Positions 44,651 to 56,055 of a DNA stretch of 64,000 bases are shown in pieces (within the stretch, counting starts at the first letter, position 1; each line of letters begins with the position of its first letter). Source of the DNA: Anaeromyxobacteraceae bacterium (lineage in GTDB: Bacteria > Myxococcota > Myxococcia > Myxococcales > Anaeromyxobacteraceae); contig JASGHJ010000001.1 in NCBI GenBank assembly GCA_047602405.1, positions 544,001 through 608,000 of the forward strand, given 5' to 3'. The position numbers and the translations under genes were made by a program. The notes below the pieces were generated by a model. It searched no databases. It saw only the letters and a program-made list of their open reading frames with translations, and had not been told where the DNA came from.

Positions 44651-44662
44651 TAGGATCGCCGC

Positions 44663-45946
44663 GTGCAGCCGCTGTCCGAGGACCGCCTCCGCACCGTGCC
44701 GTGGCACGCGCTCGCAGGGCTCGCGCCCGCGCTCGACGCGCCGCTCACCGACGTGCTCGCCGGCGTGCCCGCCGAGCGGGTCCTCGATCGCCTGCTCCGC
44801 GATCGGCGCGGCCTCGACGCGGCGGGGCGGGCCGCGATGGCCGAGGCGGTCTTCGGCGTCGGGCTCTGGCGCCGCCGGCTGCGCGCGCAGCTCGGAGATC
44901 CCGCCGCGGGGCCGCGGCTGCTCGTCGGCGCGCTCCTTCGCGACCTCGCGGGGCGCGCGGACGCCGAGGCGCTCGCGGGGCTCGAGCCCGGCGCGCTGCC
45001 GCCGCCGCGGCCGCCGCCGGTCGAGCTCGGCGACCGCGCCTCGCTGCCGGACTGGCTCGTCGCGGAGCTGCACGCGGCCGTGGGTCCCAGGGCCGCCGCG
45101 CTCGCCGACGCCCTCAACCTCCCGGGCCCCGTCGCCCTGCGCGCAAACCGGCTGCGCACCGACCGCGACGCGCTCGCCGGGCTCCTGCGCGCCGAGGGCG
45201 TCGAGACCCGCCCGAGCGAGCTCGCGCCGGACGGCCTCGTCGCGACGTCACCGCGGCCGAACGTGCTCGGGCTCTCCGCCCACCGGGAGGGGCTCTTCGA
45301 GGTGCAGGACGAGGCGAGCCAGCTCGCCGGCAGCGCCGTCGGCGCGCGCGAGGGCGAGGAGGTGCTCGACCTCTGCGCCGGCGCGGGCGGGAAGGCGCTG
45401 CTCCTCGCGGCGGCGGTCGGACCGCGCGGGCGCGTGCACGCGACCGACGTCGACCCCGCCCGGCTCGACCGCCTGTGCGCGCGCGCCGAGCGCGCCGGCT
45501 GCGCGGGCGCGATCACCGTCCACGGCGCCGCGCCGCCGCCGGGCCTGCGCGTGCAGCGGGTCCTCGTCGACGCGCCCTGCTCCGAGCTCGGCGCGCTCCG
45601 GCGCGGGCCCGACCAGCGCTGGCGCATCGACCCCGCGGGCTTCGCGGCCCTGCCCGCGCTGCAGGGGGAGCTCCTCGCGCGCGCCGCGGCCCACGTCGCG
45701 TCGGGCGGCCGGCTCGTCTACGCGACGTGCACCTTCCGGGCGGAGGAGGACGAGACCGTGGCCGAGGCCTTCGAGGACGCGCACCCGGACTTCCTGCGCG
45801 TCGTGCCGGACGTCGAGCACGCGGCCGCGCGGCTCGGCGGCCTCGGCGCGCTCGTCACGCCCGACGGGTTCGTGCGCACGTGGCCCCACCGCCACGGCGC
45901 GGACGGCTTCTTCGTGGCGGCGTGGCGGCGCGAGCGGGGGACGTAG
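44663..45946 (+). CDS. RsmB/NOP family RNA m5C methyltransferase
   Basis: VQDEASQ, DLCAGAGGK, DAPCS, YATCT, DGFF. Confidence 0.9.
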   Translation: MQPLSEDRLRTVPWHALAGLAPALDAPLTDVLAGVPAERVLDRLLRDRRGLDAAGRAAMAEAVFGVGLWRRRLRAQLGDPAAGPRLLVGALLRDLAGRADAEALAGLEPGALPPPRPPPVELGDRASLPDWLVAELHAAVGPRAAALADALNLPGPVALRANRLRTDRDALAGLLRAEGVETRPSELAPDGLVATSPRPNVLGLSAHREGLFEVQDEASQLAGSAVGAREGEEVLDLCAGAGGKALLLAAAVGPRGRVHATDVDPARLDRLCARAERAGCAGAITVHGAAPPPGLRVQRVLVDAPCSELGALRRGPDQRWRIDPAGFAALPALQGELLARAAAHVASGGRLVYATCTFRAEEDETVAEAFEDAHPDFLRVVPDVEHAAARLGGLGALVTPDGFVRTWPHRHGADGFFVAAWRRERGT

Positions 45947-45964
45947 CGCGGCGCGCCAGCCGGC

Positions 45965-46876
45965 TCAGGCGGGCAGCGCGTCGACGAGCTCGAACGCCTC
46001 GGCGCGGAGCGCGAGCACGTCCTCGTCCTCCAGCCAGAGCACCTCGAGCGCCTGCTCCACCGTGGCGGGCGCGTCGCAGTCGAGGCCGCCCTCCGGCTGG
46101 GCGGGCATCTTCCGGGCCCCGGCGGACGCCTCCGGGGGCGGCGGGAGCAGGCCCGCGCCGGCCTCCCACGCGAGCTGGTGCGCGAGCACGACGGCGGCGT
46201 TCACCTGGTACGCGCGCCCGCCGGGCGCCGGATCGTGGTGCGTGGAGGCGACCGCGCGGATCGGATCGGGCAGCCTCCAGGCGGTGACCAGGCGGCCCGA
46301 CGCCTCGGTGTGGAGGGCGTCGAGGACCGGCGCGAGGGTGTCGAGCGGCATCCCGCGGAAGCGCGGCACGTCCGCCACCACCTGCAGGCACGCCGCGAAC
46401 CCGACGTCGTGCACGAGCCCCGCCACGAAGGCGTGCTCGCTGGGCGCAGAGGCGCACTTGCAGATCGCGCGGGTGAGGCCCGCGACCGCGGACGCGTGGC
46501 GGTTGAGCCGCTTCGCGAACGGCTTGTGGTCCGGCGCCTGGAAGACCCGGAGCTCGAGGGCGGCCTGCACGACCACCTGCGAGAGCATCTCGAGGCCGAG
46601 GCGGACCGCGGCCTGGCGGAGCGAGACGACCGGCGAGCGGCGCGAGTACTGCGCCGAGCCGGCGAGGCCGAGGACGCGCCCGGCGAGGACCGGGTCGCGC
46701 TCGAGGAGGTTCACGACGTCGGAGAGCTGGACGTCGGGAGAGCGGGTGAGCTGGAGGACCTCGAGCGCGACGGCGGGCAGGAGCGGCGGGCGCCAGGAGG
46801 GCGCGGCGAGGGCGCTCCGGACGGCCTCGGCGAGGTCGGGGGCGGACAGCGAGGTGCGGGTCGCGGTGGTGCTCAC
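45965..46876 (-). CDS. HDOD domain protein
   Basis: PPLLPAVA, DPVLAGRVL..A.S, SLRQAAVRLG, GLVHDVG, WRLP..I....THH. Confidence 0.88.
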   Translation of the reverse strand: MSTTATRTSLSAPDLAEAVRSALAAPSWRPPLLPAVALEVLQLTRSPDVQLSDVVNLLERDPVLAGRVLGLAGSAQYSRRSPVVSLRQAAVRLGLEMLSQVVVQAALELRVFQAPDHKPFAKRLNRHASAVAGLTRAICKCASAPSEHAFVAGLVHDVGFAACLQVVADVPRFRGMPLDTLAPVLDALHTEASGRLVTAWRLPDPIRAVASTHHDPAPGGRAYQVNAAVVLAHQLAWEAGAGLLPPPPEASAGARKMPAQPEGGLDCDAPATVEQALEVLWLEDEDVLALRAEAFELVDALPA

Positions 46877-47091
46877 GGGGGGCGACCCCTTGCGAGGGCC
46901 GTGCTCGCGCGGAGCCGCATGAACACGCGGAAACGGGCGGGGTTCGCGCCACCCCGGGTTGCCCGGCCCCTCGCGGCCGCCGGCGACGCCCGCACCACCG
47001 GTCAAGGCGGGCGGGTCGCCGGCCGAGGGGGCCGCCCCTGCGCCGGGACGGCGCGTCACCGTGTCACGGCACGAACCCACCGACGCCGAGC

Positions 47092-48771
47092 TCAGAGCTC
47101 GGTCTTCATCACGGCCCCCGCCGAGGCGTTCGACACGAGGAGCGCGTAGCGGCGGAGCCAGGGCGACCGGACCGCCTTCTTCACGGGGCGCCACGCGGCC
47201 CTGCGCGCGGCGAGCTCGGCGTCCGGCACGTCGAGGTGGAGCACGCGCTCGTCGACGTCGAGCGTGATGGCGTCGCCGTCCTTCACGAGCGCGATCGTGC
47301 CCCCCTCGGCGGCCTCCGGGGAGACGTGCCCGATGCACGCGCCGCGGGTGGCGCCGGAGAACCGGCCGTCGGTCACCAGCCCCACGCTCTCGCCGAGCCC
47401 CATGCCCATGATCATCGAGGTCGGGGCGAGCATCTCCACCATGCCCGGGCCGCCCTTCGGCCCCTCGTAGCGGATCACGACCACGTGCCCGGCCTTCACC
47501 TTGCCGCCCCGGATGCCCTCGAGCGCGTCCTCCTGCGAGTCGAAGCAGATCGCCCAGCCGGTGAAGCGGCGCATCGTCGGCTGGATGCCGGCCGTCTTCA
47601 CGATCGCGCCGTCCTCGGCGAGGTTGCCGAAGAGCGCGGCGATCCCGCCGACCGGCGAGTAGGGCGCGTCGATCGGCCGGATGACGGCGCGGTCCTTCAC
47701 CTCGGCGGTGGCGATGCGCTCGCCGACGGTCTCGCCGGTGACGGTGAGGGCGCCCTTGCGCACCACGTCGCCGCGGGAGGCGACCTCGTGCAGCACCGCC
47801 GGCACGCCGCCCGCCGCGTGCACGTCCTCGATGTGCACGGTCGAGAGCGACGGGGCGATCTTCGCGACGTGCGCGACCTTGCGCGCGAGCGTCTCGAGGT
47901 CGCGCAGGCCGTAGGTGACGCCGGCCTCGCGCGCGATCGCGAGCATGTGGAGCACGGTGTTCGAGGAGCCGCCCATGGCGAGGTCGACCACCATGGCGTT
48001 GTGGATCGCGTCGGCGGTCACGATCTTCCGCATCCGGAAGCGCTCGTCGCCGGCGATCTCGACCGCGCGTCGCGCCGCCCGGCGGACCAGCGCCTCGCGC
48101 TCCGGCGTGAGCGCGAGCACGGTGCCGTTGCCGGGCAGCGCGATGCCCATCGCCTCGCAGAGCACGTTCATCGAGTTCGCGGTGAACATGCCGGAGCAGG
48201 AGCCGCCCGACGGGCAGGCCTTGCACTCAATCTCGTAGAGCTCCTCGTCGGTGAGCTTCCCCAGCGCGCGCTGGCCCACCGCCTCGAACGCGGTGTTGAG
48301 GTCGATGGCGGTGCCGTCCGCGAGGTGGCCGGCCTTCATCGGCCCGCCGGAGCAGAACACGGTGGGCACGTCGACGCGCAGGGCGCCCATGACCATGCCC
48401 GGCACGATCTTGTCGCAGTTCGGGATGCACAGGAGCGCGTCGAGCTGGTGCGCCTCCATCATCGTCTCGATCGAGTCCGCGATGAGCTCGCGGGAGGGGA
48501 GCGAGTAGTGCATGCCCCCGTGGCCCATCGCGATGCCGTCGTCGACGCCGATGGTGTTGAACTCGAAGGGGACCCCGCCGGCCTTCCGGATCTCGTCCTT
48601 CGCGATCCGGCCGTACTCCTGGAGGTAGAAGTGGCCGGGGATGATGTCGACGTGGCTGTTCGCGATGGCGATGAACGGCTTCTCGAAGTCCTCGTCCGTG
48701 AGGCCCGTGGCGCGGAGCAGGCTGCGGTGCGGCGCCTTCTCGAACCCCTTCTTGATCGTGTCGCTGCGCAT
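47092..48771 (-). CDS. ilvD: Dihydroxy-acid dehydratase
   Basis: [62 protein letters not shown]. Confidence 0.97.
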   Translation of the reverse strand: MRSDTIKKGFEKAPHRSLLRATGLTDEDFEKPFIAIANSHVDIIPGHFYLQEYGRIAKDEIRKAGGVPFEFNTIGVDDGIAMGHGGMHYSLPSRELIADSIETMMEAHQLDALLCIPNCDKIVPGMVMGALRVDVPTVFCSGGPMKAGHLADGTAIDLNTAFEAVGQRALGKLTDEELYEIECKACPSGGSCSGMFTANSMNVLCEAMGIALPGNGTVLALTPEREALVRRAARRAVEIAGDERFRMRKIVTADAIHNAMVVDLAMGGSSNTVLHMLAIAREAGVTYGLRDLETLARKVAHVAKIAPSLSTVHIEDVHAAGGVPAVLHEVASRGDVVRKGALTVTGETVGERIATAEVKDRAVIRPIDAPYSPVGGIAALFGNLAEDGAIVKTAGIQPTMRRFTGWAICFDSQEDALEGIRGGKVKAGHVVVIRYEGPKGGPGMVEMLAPTSMIMGMGLGESVGLVTDGRFSGATRGACIGHVSPEAAEGGTIALVKDGDAITLDVDERVLHLDVPDAELAARRAAWRPVKKAVRSPWLRRYALLVSNASAGAVMKTEL

Positions 48772-48795
48772 CGTGCGATTATAGCCCTTCGAGCC

Positions 48796-49470
48796 GTGAC
48801 CCCGCTCACCACCCCGGGCTTCGAGGAGGCCGTCTCCGCGCTGCGGCGCGCGCTCGCCGCGCGGGCGCCGGACCCGCTCGAGGTCCCCGCGTTCCGGCGG
48901 GCGGCGGTGCTCGTGCCGCTGCTCGCCCGGCCGGACGGACCCACGGTCCTCTTCACGCGCCGCTCGCAGGATCTCCCGCACCACCGGGGCGAGATCTCCT
49001 TCCCGGGCGGCGGGCTCGACCCGGGCGAGTCGCCCGAGGCGGGGGCGCTGCGCGAGGCCCACGAGGAGGTCGGGCTCCTGCCCGAGGCCTCCGAGGTGCT
49101 GGGCCGCCTCGACGACCTCCCCTCGATCGCGCGGTACGTGGTGACGCCGGTCGTCGCCGCGATCCGCTCCCCGCCTGCGGCGTTCACGCCGGCCGCGGGG
49201 GAGGTGGCGGAGGGCTTCGAGGTGCCGCTCTCCCGGCTGCTCGATCCTGCGATCCGCAGGGCCGCGCTCTGGGACCCGTCGCGCCTTCCGCCCGAGGTGC
49301 CGGTCGCGCTCATCCGCGCGCGCATCCCGTTCGAGGAGACGGACGGCTCGGGGAAGTGGAAGGTCTGGTCGTTCGCCGCCGACCCCGAGCGGGTGATCTG
49401 GGGGCTCACCGCCCGGATCGTGGCCACGCTCCTCGACCGAGCGTTCGGGCCCGGCACGCGGAGCGCCTAG
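48796..49470 (+). CDS. CoA pyrophosphatase (Nudix, PCD1/NudL-like)
   Basis: AAVLVPL, TRRS...[10 protein letters not shown], Nudix box [16 protein letters not shown]. Confidence 0.92.
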   Translation: MTPLTTPGFEEAVSALRRALAARAPDPLEVPAFRRAAVLVPLLARPDGPTVLFTRRSQDLPHHRGEISFPGGGLDPGESPEAGALREAHEEVGLLPEASEVLGRLDDLPSIARYVVTPVVAAIRSPPAAFTPAAGEVAEGFEVPLSRLLDPAIRRAALWDPSRLPPEVPVALIRARIPFEETDGSGKWKVWSFAADPERVIWGLTARIVATLLDRAFGPGTRSA

Positions 49471-51591
49471 TAGTAGTAGTTCCGCTGAGCGACGCGCAGG
49501 TGCGCGACCCCGTCGGTGTCGATCCAGGCGACGCTGAGCCCGAAGCTCTCCTCGACCGTGTAGCTCGCGACCTGCCCACCGGCGGGGATCGCGGGCAGCG
49601 ATCGCCAGGTCCCGTCTGCGTTCCGCTCCCGGACCTCGAAGCGGTCGAGGCCCGCCTCGCGCACCACGAACACGAGCTTCGACCTCGCGAAGCGCGGCCA
49701 GCGCGCCGCGCGCCCAGGCGACGCGTCGATGACGATCGGATCGGACAGGTAGCCGTACGGCGTGCACTCGCGGCCCACGATCCCACCCGCCTCGTCCCAG
49801 ACGACCCAGGTCGTGAGGCCACCGTCGGCGAGCGCGGGGCGGCCCGCCACCTGGGCCGGGTCCACGTTGATGGGCCCCACCGGCGCCGAGAGGCTCGTGT
49901 GGTCGTAGTTCGCGAAGCGGAGGAAGAGCTGGGCCGGGCCGCCGGGCGGGGCCTCCAGGGTCGCGAGGGTGCTCCCGTTCACTGCGGCTCCGCGCAGGTC
50001 CTGGATCGCGCCCGTCGCGATCGGGGCCTGGTTCGCCCACCGGTAGCGCACGAGCGAGCCGCCGCCCGGGGCCGGCTCGGCCCAGGCGACGCCGGCGAGG
50101 ATCGCCACCCCCACGTCCTGGAGCGCCGGCCCAGGGCTGGCGAGGGCCGTGATGGCCGGCGCCGCCGCGAGCACGGTCCGCCCCGCGGTCCGGCTCCAGC
50201 GGACGACGCGATCGCCCCCGGCGTCGGACTCGACCCAGAGGAGGCGTCCCACGTCGCCGGAGCCGTCGAGCGCGCGCACCGCCCCCGCGGACAGCACCTC
50301 GCCGACCGCAAGCGGCGAGGGCTGGGGGCCGGCGGCTCCGGCGAAGCGCCGGACCGCGCCGTCCGCGCCGCGGACCAGGAGGGTCACGTCGTCGGGTAGC
50401 ACGAAGCTGCGGTACCCGATCGCGAGTTCCACGGACGTGGTGCCGGGGGACAGGAGGGCGGGCCAGGGGACTCGCCAGGCGGGGGCGTCGAAGGTGCAGG
50501 CGCCGGGGCCCATCACGAGCGGGTTCCCCGCGCGGTCCACGTACGGCGGGGGCGCGAACGACAGCCTGGCCGGGAAGGCGACAGGCCGGTCCACGTAGAA
50601 TCCGCTGGGACGTGAGGCCGTTCCAGCCCGCTCCGCCCACCGGCTCGGAGAACGTCGCGAGCGCGCCCGCGCTCCAGTCCGCGTCGTCGGGGCGCGTCTC
50701 CACCGAGCAGGTGCAGGTGGGCGAGGTGTTGTCGGTGGCGAGCTCGAGGGGCGGGCTCGCCAGGAACCCGGGCGCGTCCACGGCGAGCGCGTGGGGTCCA
50801 TCGGCGAGCGGCGTCGTGTCGAGGCCGACGCTCCCGCCGATCGGGAGGTCGGCGCGCTTCACGCCATCGACCAGGAGCTCGAGCGGCCCGACCACCCCGG
50901 CGTAGACGGGGGGCGCCGCCACGGTGACGGTCCCGCGCAGCAGCCCGGAGCCGGAGACCGTCGGCTGGGGCAGCGTGGGCGCGGTCCAGCGTTGCGAGAA
51001 GGCCGCGCACGAGGCGTGGACGTCGCAGACCTCACCGGAGAGCTCGACGGGCCCTGCGTCGAGCGCCTGGACACCTTCGATGTCGGCGCGGAGCTCGGCC
51101 CCCACGATGCTCGAGGTCACGTCGAGGCGCCCCCCCGGCCCGCTCGCGACCAGCCCGTGCACGGAGCCGAGCCTCTCGAAGAACGTGACCCGAGCCTGGA
51201 ACAGCCGCTCGGCGCCCGTCCGGTAGAGGACGTCGGGGGGCTCGACCGCCAGGATCACGGGAGGCGGCCACGCCACCACCACCCGCGTCGCCTCGCTCTC
51301 GAGGCGGATCCCTCCGTCGTACGCGCGGGCGGAGAGCGCATACGCGCCGTTCACGGGCAGCACGAGCAGGTACGGCTCCCCGGCGTGGACCCGGCCCGGC
51401 AGCTCGGCGCCGTCGAGGAGCAGGCGCACCTCGCCCTGGGCGCCGGTGGTGACGAGCACCTCGAGCCGGCCGTCCACCACCGTGACCGACCCGGCGGGCT
51501 CGAGCCGGACGGTGCCAGGGTGATCGAAGAGCTTGCAGCCCTCCGCGACGAGGAGGCCGAGCGCGAGGACGGAGCGGAGGGGGGCGGTCAT
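49467..51591 (-). pseudogene. Ig-like/beta-rich surface lipoprotein gene split by a frameshift near 50610
   Basis: N-half from ATG 51591 (MTAPLRSV...AEGC...DNTSPT...GWNGLTS) is in one frame; protein-like C-half (SGFYVDRP...RNYYY) is in the 49467-50801 frame. Confidence 0.6.
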
Positions 51592-52652
51592 GGCGTCGCG
51601 TCCAGCTGGAGTCCGAACCAGATCCGGGGGGGGCCGTCGAGGGCGCTCGCGGCGCCCGCGTCGAGGGCCATGCGGCCGACGCGCCACCGGGCGCCCACGA
51701 TCGCGAGCACCGGCGTGTCGCTGCCCCGGCGCGAGGCCCAGACCTCGCCGAGGAGGTCCACCCGCGGGGCGACCTGGCTCGTGACCGCGAGCGCGACGCC
51801 GGTCGCGCCCATCGCCCCGAGCCCCTCCGCGCCCTCGAAGATCGGCCCGGCGTGGAGGGTGACGAGGAGCGCCGGGTAGGTGAGGCTCACCGTCCCCGAC
51901 AGGAAGCCCTGCACGCTGCCGCCGGAGCCCGCCCGCACGTGCAGGCCACTCGCGAGCCGCAGGTGCTCGCCGAGCGCAGCCCCGCCGCGCAGCGCCCCGA
52001 AGACGTTGCGGCCGTAGGACGCCGCGTGAAGCACCGGCAAGGTGGTGCCCGCGGTCAAGGCCGCGTGCCCACCCAGCCCGACGGTGGCGGAGAGATCTGC
52101 GGCCTCGACGAGCGCGAGGCGCAAGCCGCCGGAGGGCACCAGCACGGCCGAGGGCGCGGTGAGGTGCCGGTCCGAGATGTCGGCGGGCCGGGTGCGCTCG
52201 ACCACCCGGAGGATCCGCGCCACCTTCTCGTCCGGCAGGGTCCACTGCACGTCGCCGCCCACCTCCAGGAGGACGGCGCCGCCGGTCCGGCCGAGGAGCC
52301 TGCCGCGCAGCACCTTGCCGTCGCGGAGGACCACGCACGCGAGCGGCGGCCCCTCCGGCAGCGAGCCGTGGGGGACGGTGACGTCGAGGAGCCCGGCCAC
52401 GTCGGCGGCCCTCGAGAAGACGACGTCGCCGTTCGGCCGGCGGACCGCGACCACCCCGGGCCGCGAGCGCAGGATCTTCCCCTGGATCGTCTCGCCGTCC
52501 GCGAGGACGAGGTACCCCTCCGCGCCGGGCAGCGCGGGCGCGAGCGCGATCTCGCCGAGCGGCGCTTCCGGTGCCGTCGCCGGGGCCTGCGCCCGCGCCG
52601 TGGTGGCGACGGCGGCGACGAGCAGCGCGGCGGCGGTCTGGAAGAGGCTCAT
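51588..52652 (-). CDS. Hypothetical exported protein (repeated L.DG..I.G motif; beta-rich C-terminus)
   Basis: GGAGG RBS, signal peptide, ATGA overlap with the next gene. Confidence 0.7.
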   Translation of the reverse strand: MSLFQTAAALLVAAVATTARAQAPATAPEAPLGEIALAPALPGAEGYLVLADGETIQGKILRSRPGVVAVRRPNGDVVFSRAADVAGLLDVTVPHGSLPEGPPLACVVLRDGKVLRGRLLGRTGGAVLLEVGGDVQWTLPDEKVARILRVVERTRPADISDRHLTAPSAVLVPSGGLRLALVEAADLSATVGLGGHAALTAGTTLPVLHAASYGRNVFGALRGGAALGEHLRLASGLHVRAGSGGSVQGFLSGTVSLTYPALLVTLHAGPIFEGAEGLGAMGATGVALAVTSQVAPRVDLLGEVWASRRGSDTPVLAIVGARWRVGRMALDAGAASALDGPPRIWFGLQLDATP

Positions 52653-52996
52653 CCCGGATTCCTCCGGAGAGAAAAGCACACCAGGCGGCCCGGCGTTGAG
52701 TCTTCGGAGGTCCCGGCCCGCCGGGCGAGACCGGGTCGCGACCCGGGGAGAGGCCCACACGGGGGCGGGGGTGTGGCTCGCGATCCGATCGCGGTGCTTC
52801 GCCTCGGTGGAGGCGAGCCTGCCGACATCCGCCACGTCCAACCGAAGCAGCAGCACCCCAGGGACCGGAACATCCTCCCGATCCGCGCGTTCCACCCTCT
52901 CGTGGTGAACCAGCTCAGTTCGGACGAACCCGGGCGGAGCGCGCGTGAGCGCACAGCGGACCCGGGATCGATCCGGATGCGGTGGCGCACTAGGAT

Positions 52997-54622
52997 GTGA
53001 ACGTGACCAGGTCAGCGTACGTCGCAGTCGCCGCCATCGCCGTGCTCGCCACCGCCTGTGGCGGCGGAGGCTCGAAGAAGTCCTCCGGTCCCTCCGAGGG
53101 CTCCGCGTGCACCAAGCAGACGGACTGCGGCAGCTCGCTCCTCTGCCATGCGGGCAAGTGCGCGGCGTCGCTGCCGGCCTCGCCGAGCTGCGCGAGCCCG
53201 GGCGGCGCTCCCTCGCTGCTCGCCGGGCCGGCGGTGGTGGCGAGCGATCCTGGCGTGGGCGTCTGCGGGTTCGGCGTCCAGACGCCGATCTTCCCCGCCG
53301 GCGCGGGCCTCGGGCAGGTGCAGGACCTCGGGACGCACACGGTCGGCGACGTCGTGACCTTCACGGTCCCCGCGGACACGTGGAGCATCACCATCTACGA
53401 GCAGGAGGTCGGCGGGGTGGCCCCGAAGACCATCACCTTCTCGACGAGCTCCGGCGGCTCCTCCACGCAGCCGAACGTGGCGGTGCCGGACCAGGTGAAG
53501 TCGCCCACCGGCCTCGTGATCTTCGACGACGTCGGGATGTCGAGCCCGCCCTCGGGCCCGAACGGCTACGACGACTACACGAAGGCCTTCTATGGGGTGC
53601 ACTTCGGCGCCGCGACGCCGTACTCGGGCACCGCGACCTTCCCGAACGCCTCGAAGGGGCTCGAGCTCGCGCGCGTCGCGGGCTCGCTCGTCCCGGGCAC
53701 GTGGTCGCTCCGGGTGAACGACTACGCCTACGAGTGCGCGACCGCGTACTCGAACTGCACCGCCGGCGCGAGCACCACGAGCCAGTACCGGGTCCACGTC
53801 GTCACGCACGGCCCGCTCCGCAGCACCGGCAAGCTCGACCTCGACGTCTACCTCGCCACCGACAACGCGAACGGCACCGCCCGGCTCACCGCCGCGCAGG
53901 CGGTGAACGACGCCGGCATGAAGCGGCTCTTCGCCTCGGCGGGCACGTTCCTCGGGCGGGCGGGGCTCTGCCTCGGCACGGTCACGTTCCACGACCTGCC
54001 GGACTGGGCGCGGAGCCGCTTCGCGCTCACGACCTACGACGACACGCAGACCTGCGACGAGACGAACCAGCTCTTCCGGCTCGCGCTCACGCAGGACTCC
54101 GGCGTGCACCTCTTCTTCGTGGACGATCTCGTCGACGCGAACGCCGGCGGCAGCCAGGTCGGGACCCTGCTCGGCCTCGACGGCGCGATCCCCGGCCCGT
54201 CGGGCCTCCCCGGCTCGCCCACGAGCGGCGCGATCGTGCCGATCGGCGGCGTCAGCTCGGGCTGCACGGGCTCGGGGCTCAACCTCGCGAGCTGCGAGGC
54301 GGACCTCATGGCCTACGTGACCTCGCACGAGGCCGGCCACTGGCTCGGGCTCTTCCACACGACCGAGTACCCGGGGACCTTCTTCGATCCGCTCGCCGAC
54401 ACTGGTGAGTGCCCGTGCAGCCAGTGTGCGACCAACAAGCCGAAGTGCGGCCAGGACCCGAACCTCGCGATGACCACGAACCTGTGCAACAAGAGCTCGG
54501 TCTGCACGGGCGGGGACAACCTCATGTTCTGGCTCGTCACCCCCGGCGCGTCGATCGGCAACCTCACCTCGCAGCAGGGCGAGGTCATCCGCCTCAACCC
54601 GGCCGTGGAGGTGAAGCCGTGA
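52997..54622 (+). CDS. Cys-rich lipoprotein zinc metalloprotease (metzincin, M43-like)
   Basis: ATAC lipobox; HEAGHWLGLFH = HExxHxxGxxH; downstream NLM Met-turn. Confidence 0.85.
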   Translation: MNVTRSAYVAVAAIAVLATACGGGGSKKSSGPSEGSACTKQTDCGSSLLCHAGKCAASLPASPSCASPGGAPSLLAGPAVVASDPGVGVCGFGVQTPIFPAGAGLGQVQDLGTHTVGDVVTFTVPADTWSITIYEQEVGGVAPKTITFSTSSGGSSTQPNVAVPDQVKSPTGLVIFDDVGMSSPPSGPNGYDDYTKAFYGVHFGAATPYSGTATFPNASKGLELARVAGSLVPGTWSLRVNDYAYECATAYSNCTAGASTTSQYRVHVVTHGPLRSTGKLDLDVYLATDNANGTARLTAAQAVNDAGMKRLFASAGTFLGRAGLCLGTVTFHDLPDWARSRFALTTYDDTQTCDETNQLFRLALTQDSGVHLFFVDDLVDANAGGSQVGTLLGLDGAIPGPSGLPGSPTSGAIVPIGGVSSGCTGSGLNLASCEADLMAYVTSHEAGHWLGLFHTTEYPGTFFDPLADTGECPCSQCATNKPKCGQDPNLAMTTNLCNKSSVCTGGDNLMFWLVTPGASIGNLTSQQGEVIRLNPAVEVKP

Positions 54623-55185
54623 TCGCCGCGCTCGCCGCCCTGCTCCTCTCCGCCGGACCCGCGGCCGCCGCGCCCGCCGACCCCTGTGCGCCGCGCGGCG
54701 ACGCGCGCGACGCCGACCGCACGAGCGCCTGCGAGCTCCTCGGCGCCATCGACCGCCGCGTCCCGGACGGCACGTGGCGCGCGCTCGGCCCGGTCGCCGA
54801 CGAGGTCCTCGCCGCGCTCGCCCGCGGCGGTGGGCTCGTCGTCTTCCGCGCCCGCGCGCTCGAGGCGCTCGCCGCCCGCGGCGGGGCCGAGGCCGAGGCC
54901 GCCCACCGCGCGCTCGCGATCGACGGCGCCGCGCCGATGATGGTGCGCCGGGCCGCCGTGCACGGCCTCTCCCGGCTCCTCGACGACGCCGCCCTCACGG
55001 CCGCGCTCGCGCCGCTCGCCGAGCGCGACGCCGACGGCCGCGTGCGCGCCGAGGCGAGCGAGGTGCTCGCCCGCCGCGTGCCCGCCGCCGCGTGCGCCGG
55101 CGTCCGCGCCCGCGCCTCCGCCGGCGGCGTCGAGGCCATCCGGCTCGAGCGCGCGCTCCGGGCCTGCGGGGCCGCGGAGCGGTAG
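54619..55185 (+). CDS. Exported HEAT-like repeat protein
   Basis: GTGA overlap, GGAGG RBS, repeated R..A...L helices. Confidence 0.7.
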   Translation: MIAALAALLLSAGPAAAAPADPCAPRGDARDADRTSACELLGAIDRRVPDGTWRALGPVADEVLAALARGGGLVVFRARALEALAARGGAEAEAAHRALAIDGAAPMMVRRAAVHGLSRLLDDAALTAALAPLAERDADGRVRAEASEVLARRVPAAACAGVRARASAGGVEAIRLERALRACGAAER

Positions 55186-56055
55186 ATGCTCCTCGCCGGG
55201 CTCACCCTCGCGGCCGCGCTCGCCGGCGGCCCGCCGGTGCCGGACTCGGCCTGCGCGGCCTACCTGCAGGTCTACCCGTCCGCGCCGCTGCCCAAGGCGG
55301 GCGGCGAGGCCGCCTGCGGCGAGCTCCTCGCGGAGGCCTGCGACGCGGGCCGGCGGCTCGCCTGCGCCGAGCTCGGCGTGCTCCTCGAGGAGGGCGTCGT
55401 GCTGAAGCGTGACGGCCCCCGCGCGCTCGCGTTCCTCGAGCGCGCCTGCGACGCGGGCGTGGGCTGGGCCTGCGGCGAGCTCGGCCTGTTCCTCCTGCGC
55501 CGGGGCGAGGGCGAGCGCGGGCGTGCGGCGCTGCGCGAGGGCTGCGCGATCGGGAGCGGCGCGGCCTGCACGGCGCGGCTCGCCGACGTGACCGACCCGG
55601 AGGCGGCGCGCCGGCTCGCCGAGCGCGCCTGCGACCTCGGCGACGTCGACGGCTGCGTCGCGCTCGCGGCGCGCACGCCGGGCGGCCCTGCGCCGGCGAC
55701 GCTCGACCGCGCCTGCAGGCTGGGCGCGGCCGAGGCGTGCGCGGCGCTCGGCGCCGAGGGGATCGGCAAGCGCTGCGACGGCGGCGACGGCCAGGCGTGC
55801 CTCCAGCTCGGCGTGCTCCTCGAGGAGGGCCGGGTGATGAAGGCCGACGGCGCGGCGGCGGCGGCGCGCTACGAGCGCGCGTGCACGGCGGGGAAGGCGG
55901 AGGCGTGCTGGCGGCTCGGCCGCCTGCACCGGCTCGGCGCCGGCGTGGCGCACGACGAGGCCCGGGCGAGGAAGCTGCTCGCCGGGGCGTGCGCGGACGG
56001 CGAGCGGGAGGCGTGCCGGCTGCTGAACGAGGGCGAGGCGGAGCTGCCCCGCTAA
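55186..56055 (+). CDS. Sel1-like repeat (Cys-rich) exported protein
   Basis: Repeated AC..LG.L...G....D...A....RAC. Confidence 0.85.
   Translation: MLLAGLTLAAALAGGPPVPDSACAAYLQVYPSAPLPKAGGEAACGELLAEACDAGRRLACAELGVLLEEGVVLKRDGPRALAFLERACDAGVGWACGELGLFLLRRGEGERGRAALREGCAIGSGAACTARLADVTDPEAARRLAERACDLGDVDGCVALAARTPGGPAPATLDRACRLGAAEACAALGAEGIGKRCDGGDGQACLQLGVLLEEGRVMKADGAAAAARYERACTAGKAEACWRLGRLHRLGAGVAHDEARARKLLAGACADGEREACRLLNEGEAELPR

Noticed and set aside
49468..49479. TAGTAGTAGTAG run as a tandem-stop signal
   Set aside because: Explained by the C-terminal Tyr-Tyr-Tyr codons and stop of the convergent minus-strand gene.
47092..52758. 1888-aa ORF as one giant protein
   Set aside because: Chance stop-free frame joining shadow sequence, the N-half of the frameshifted lipoprotein, antisense of the Nudix gene and the real ilvD.
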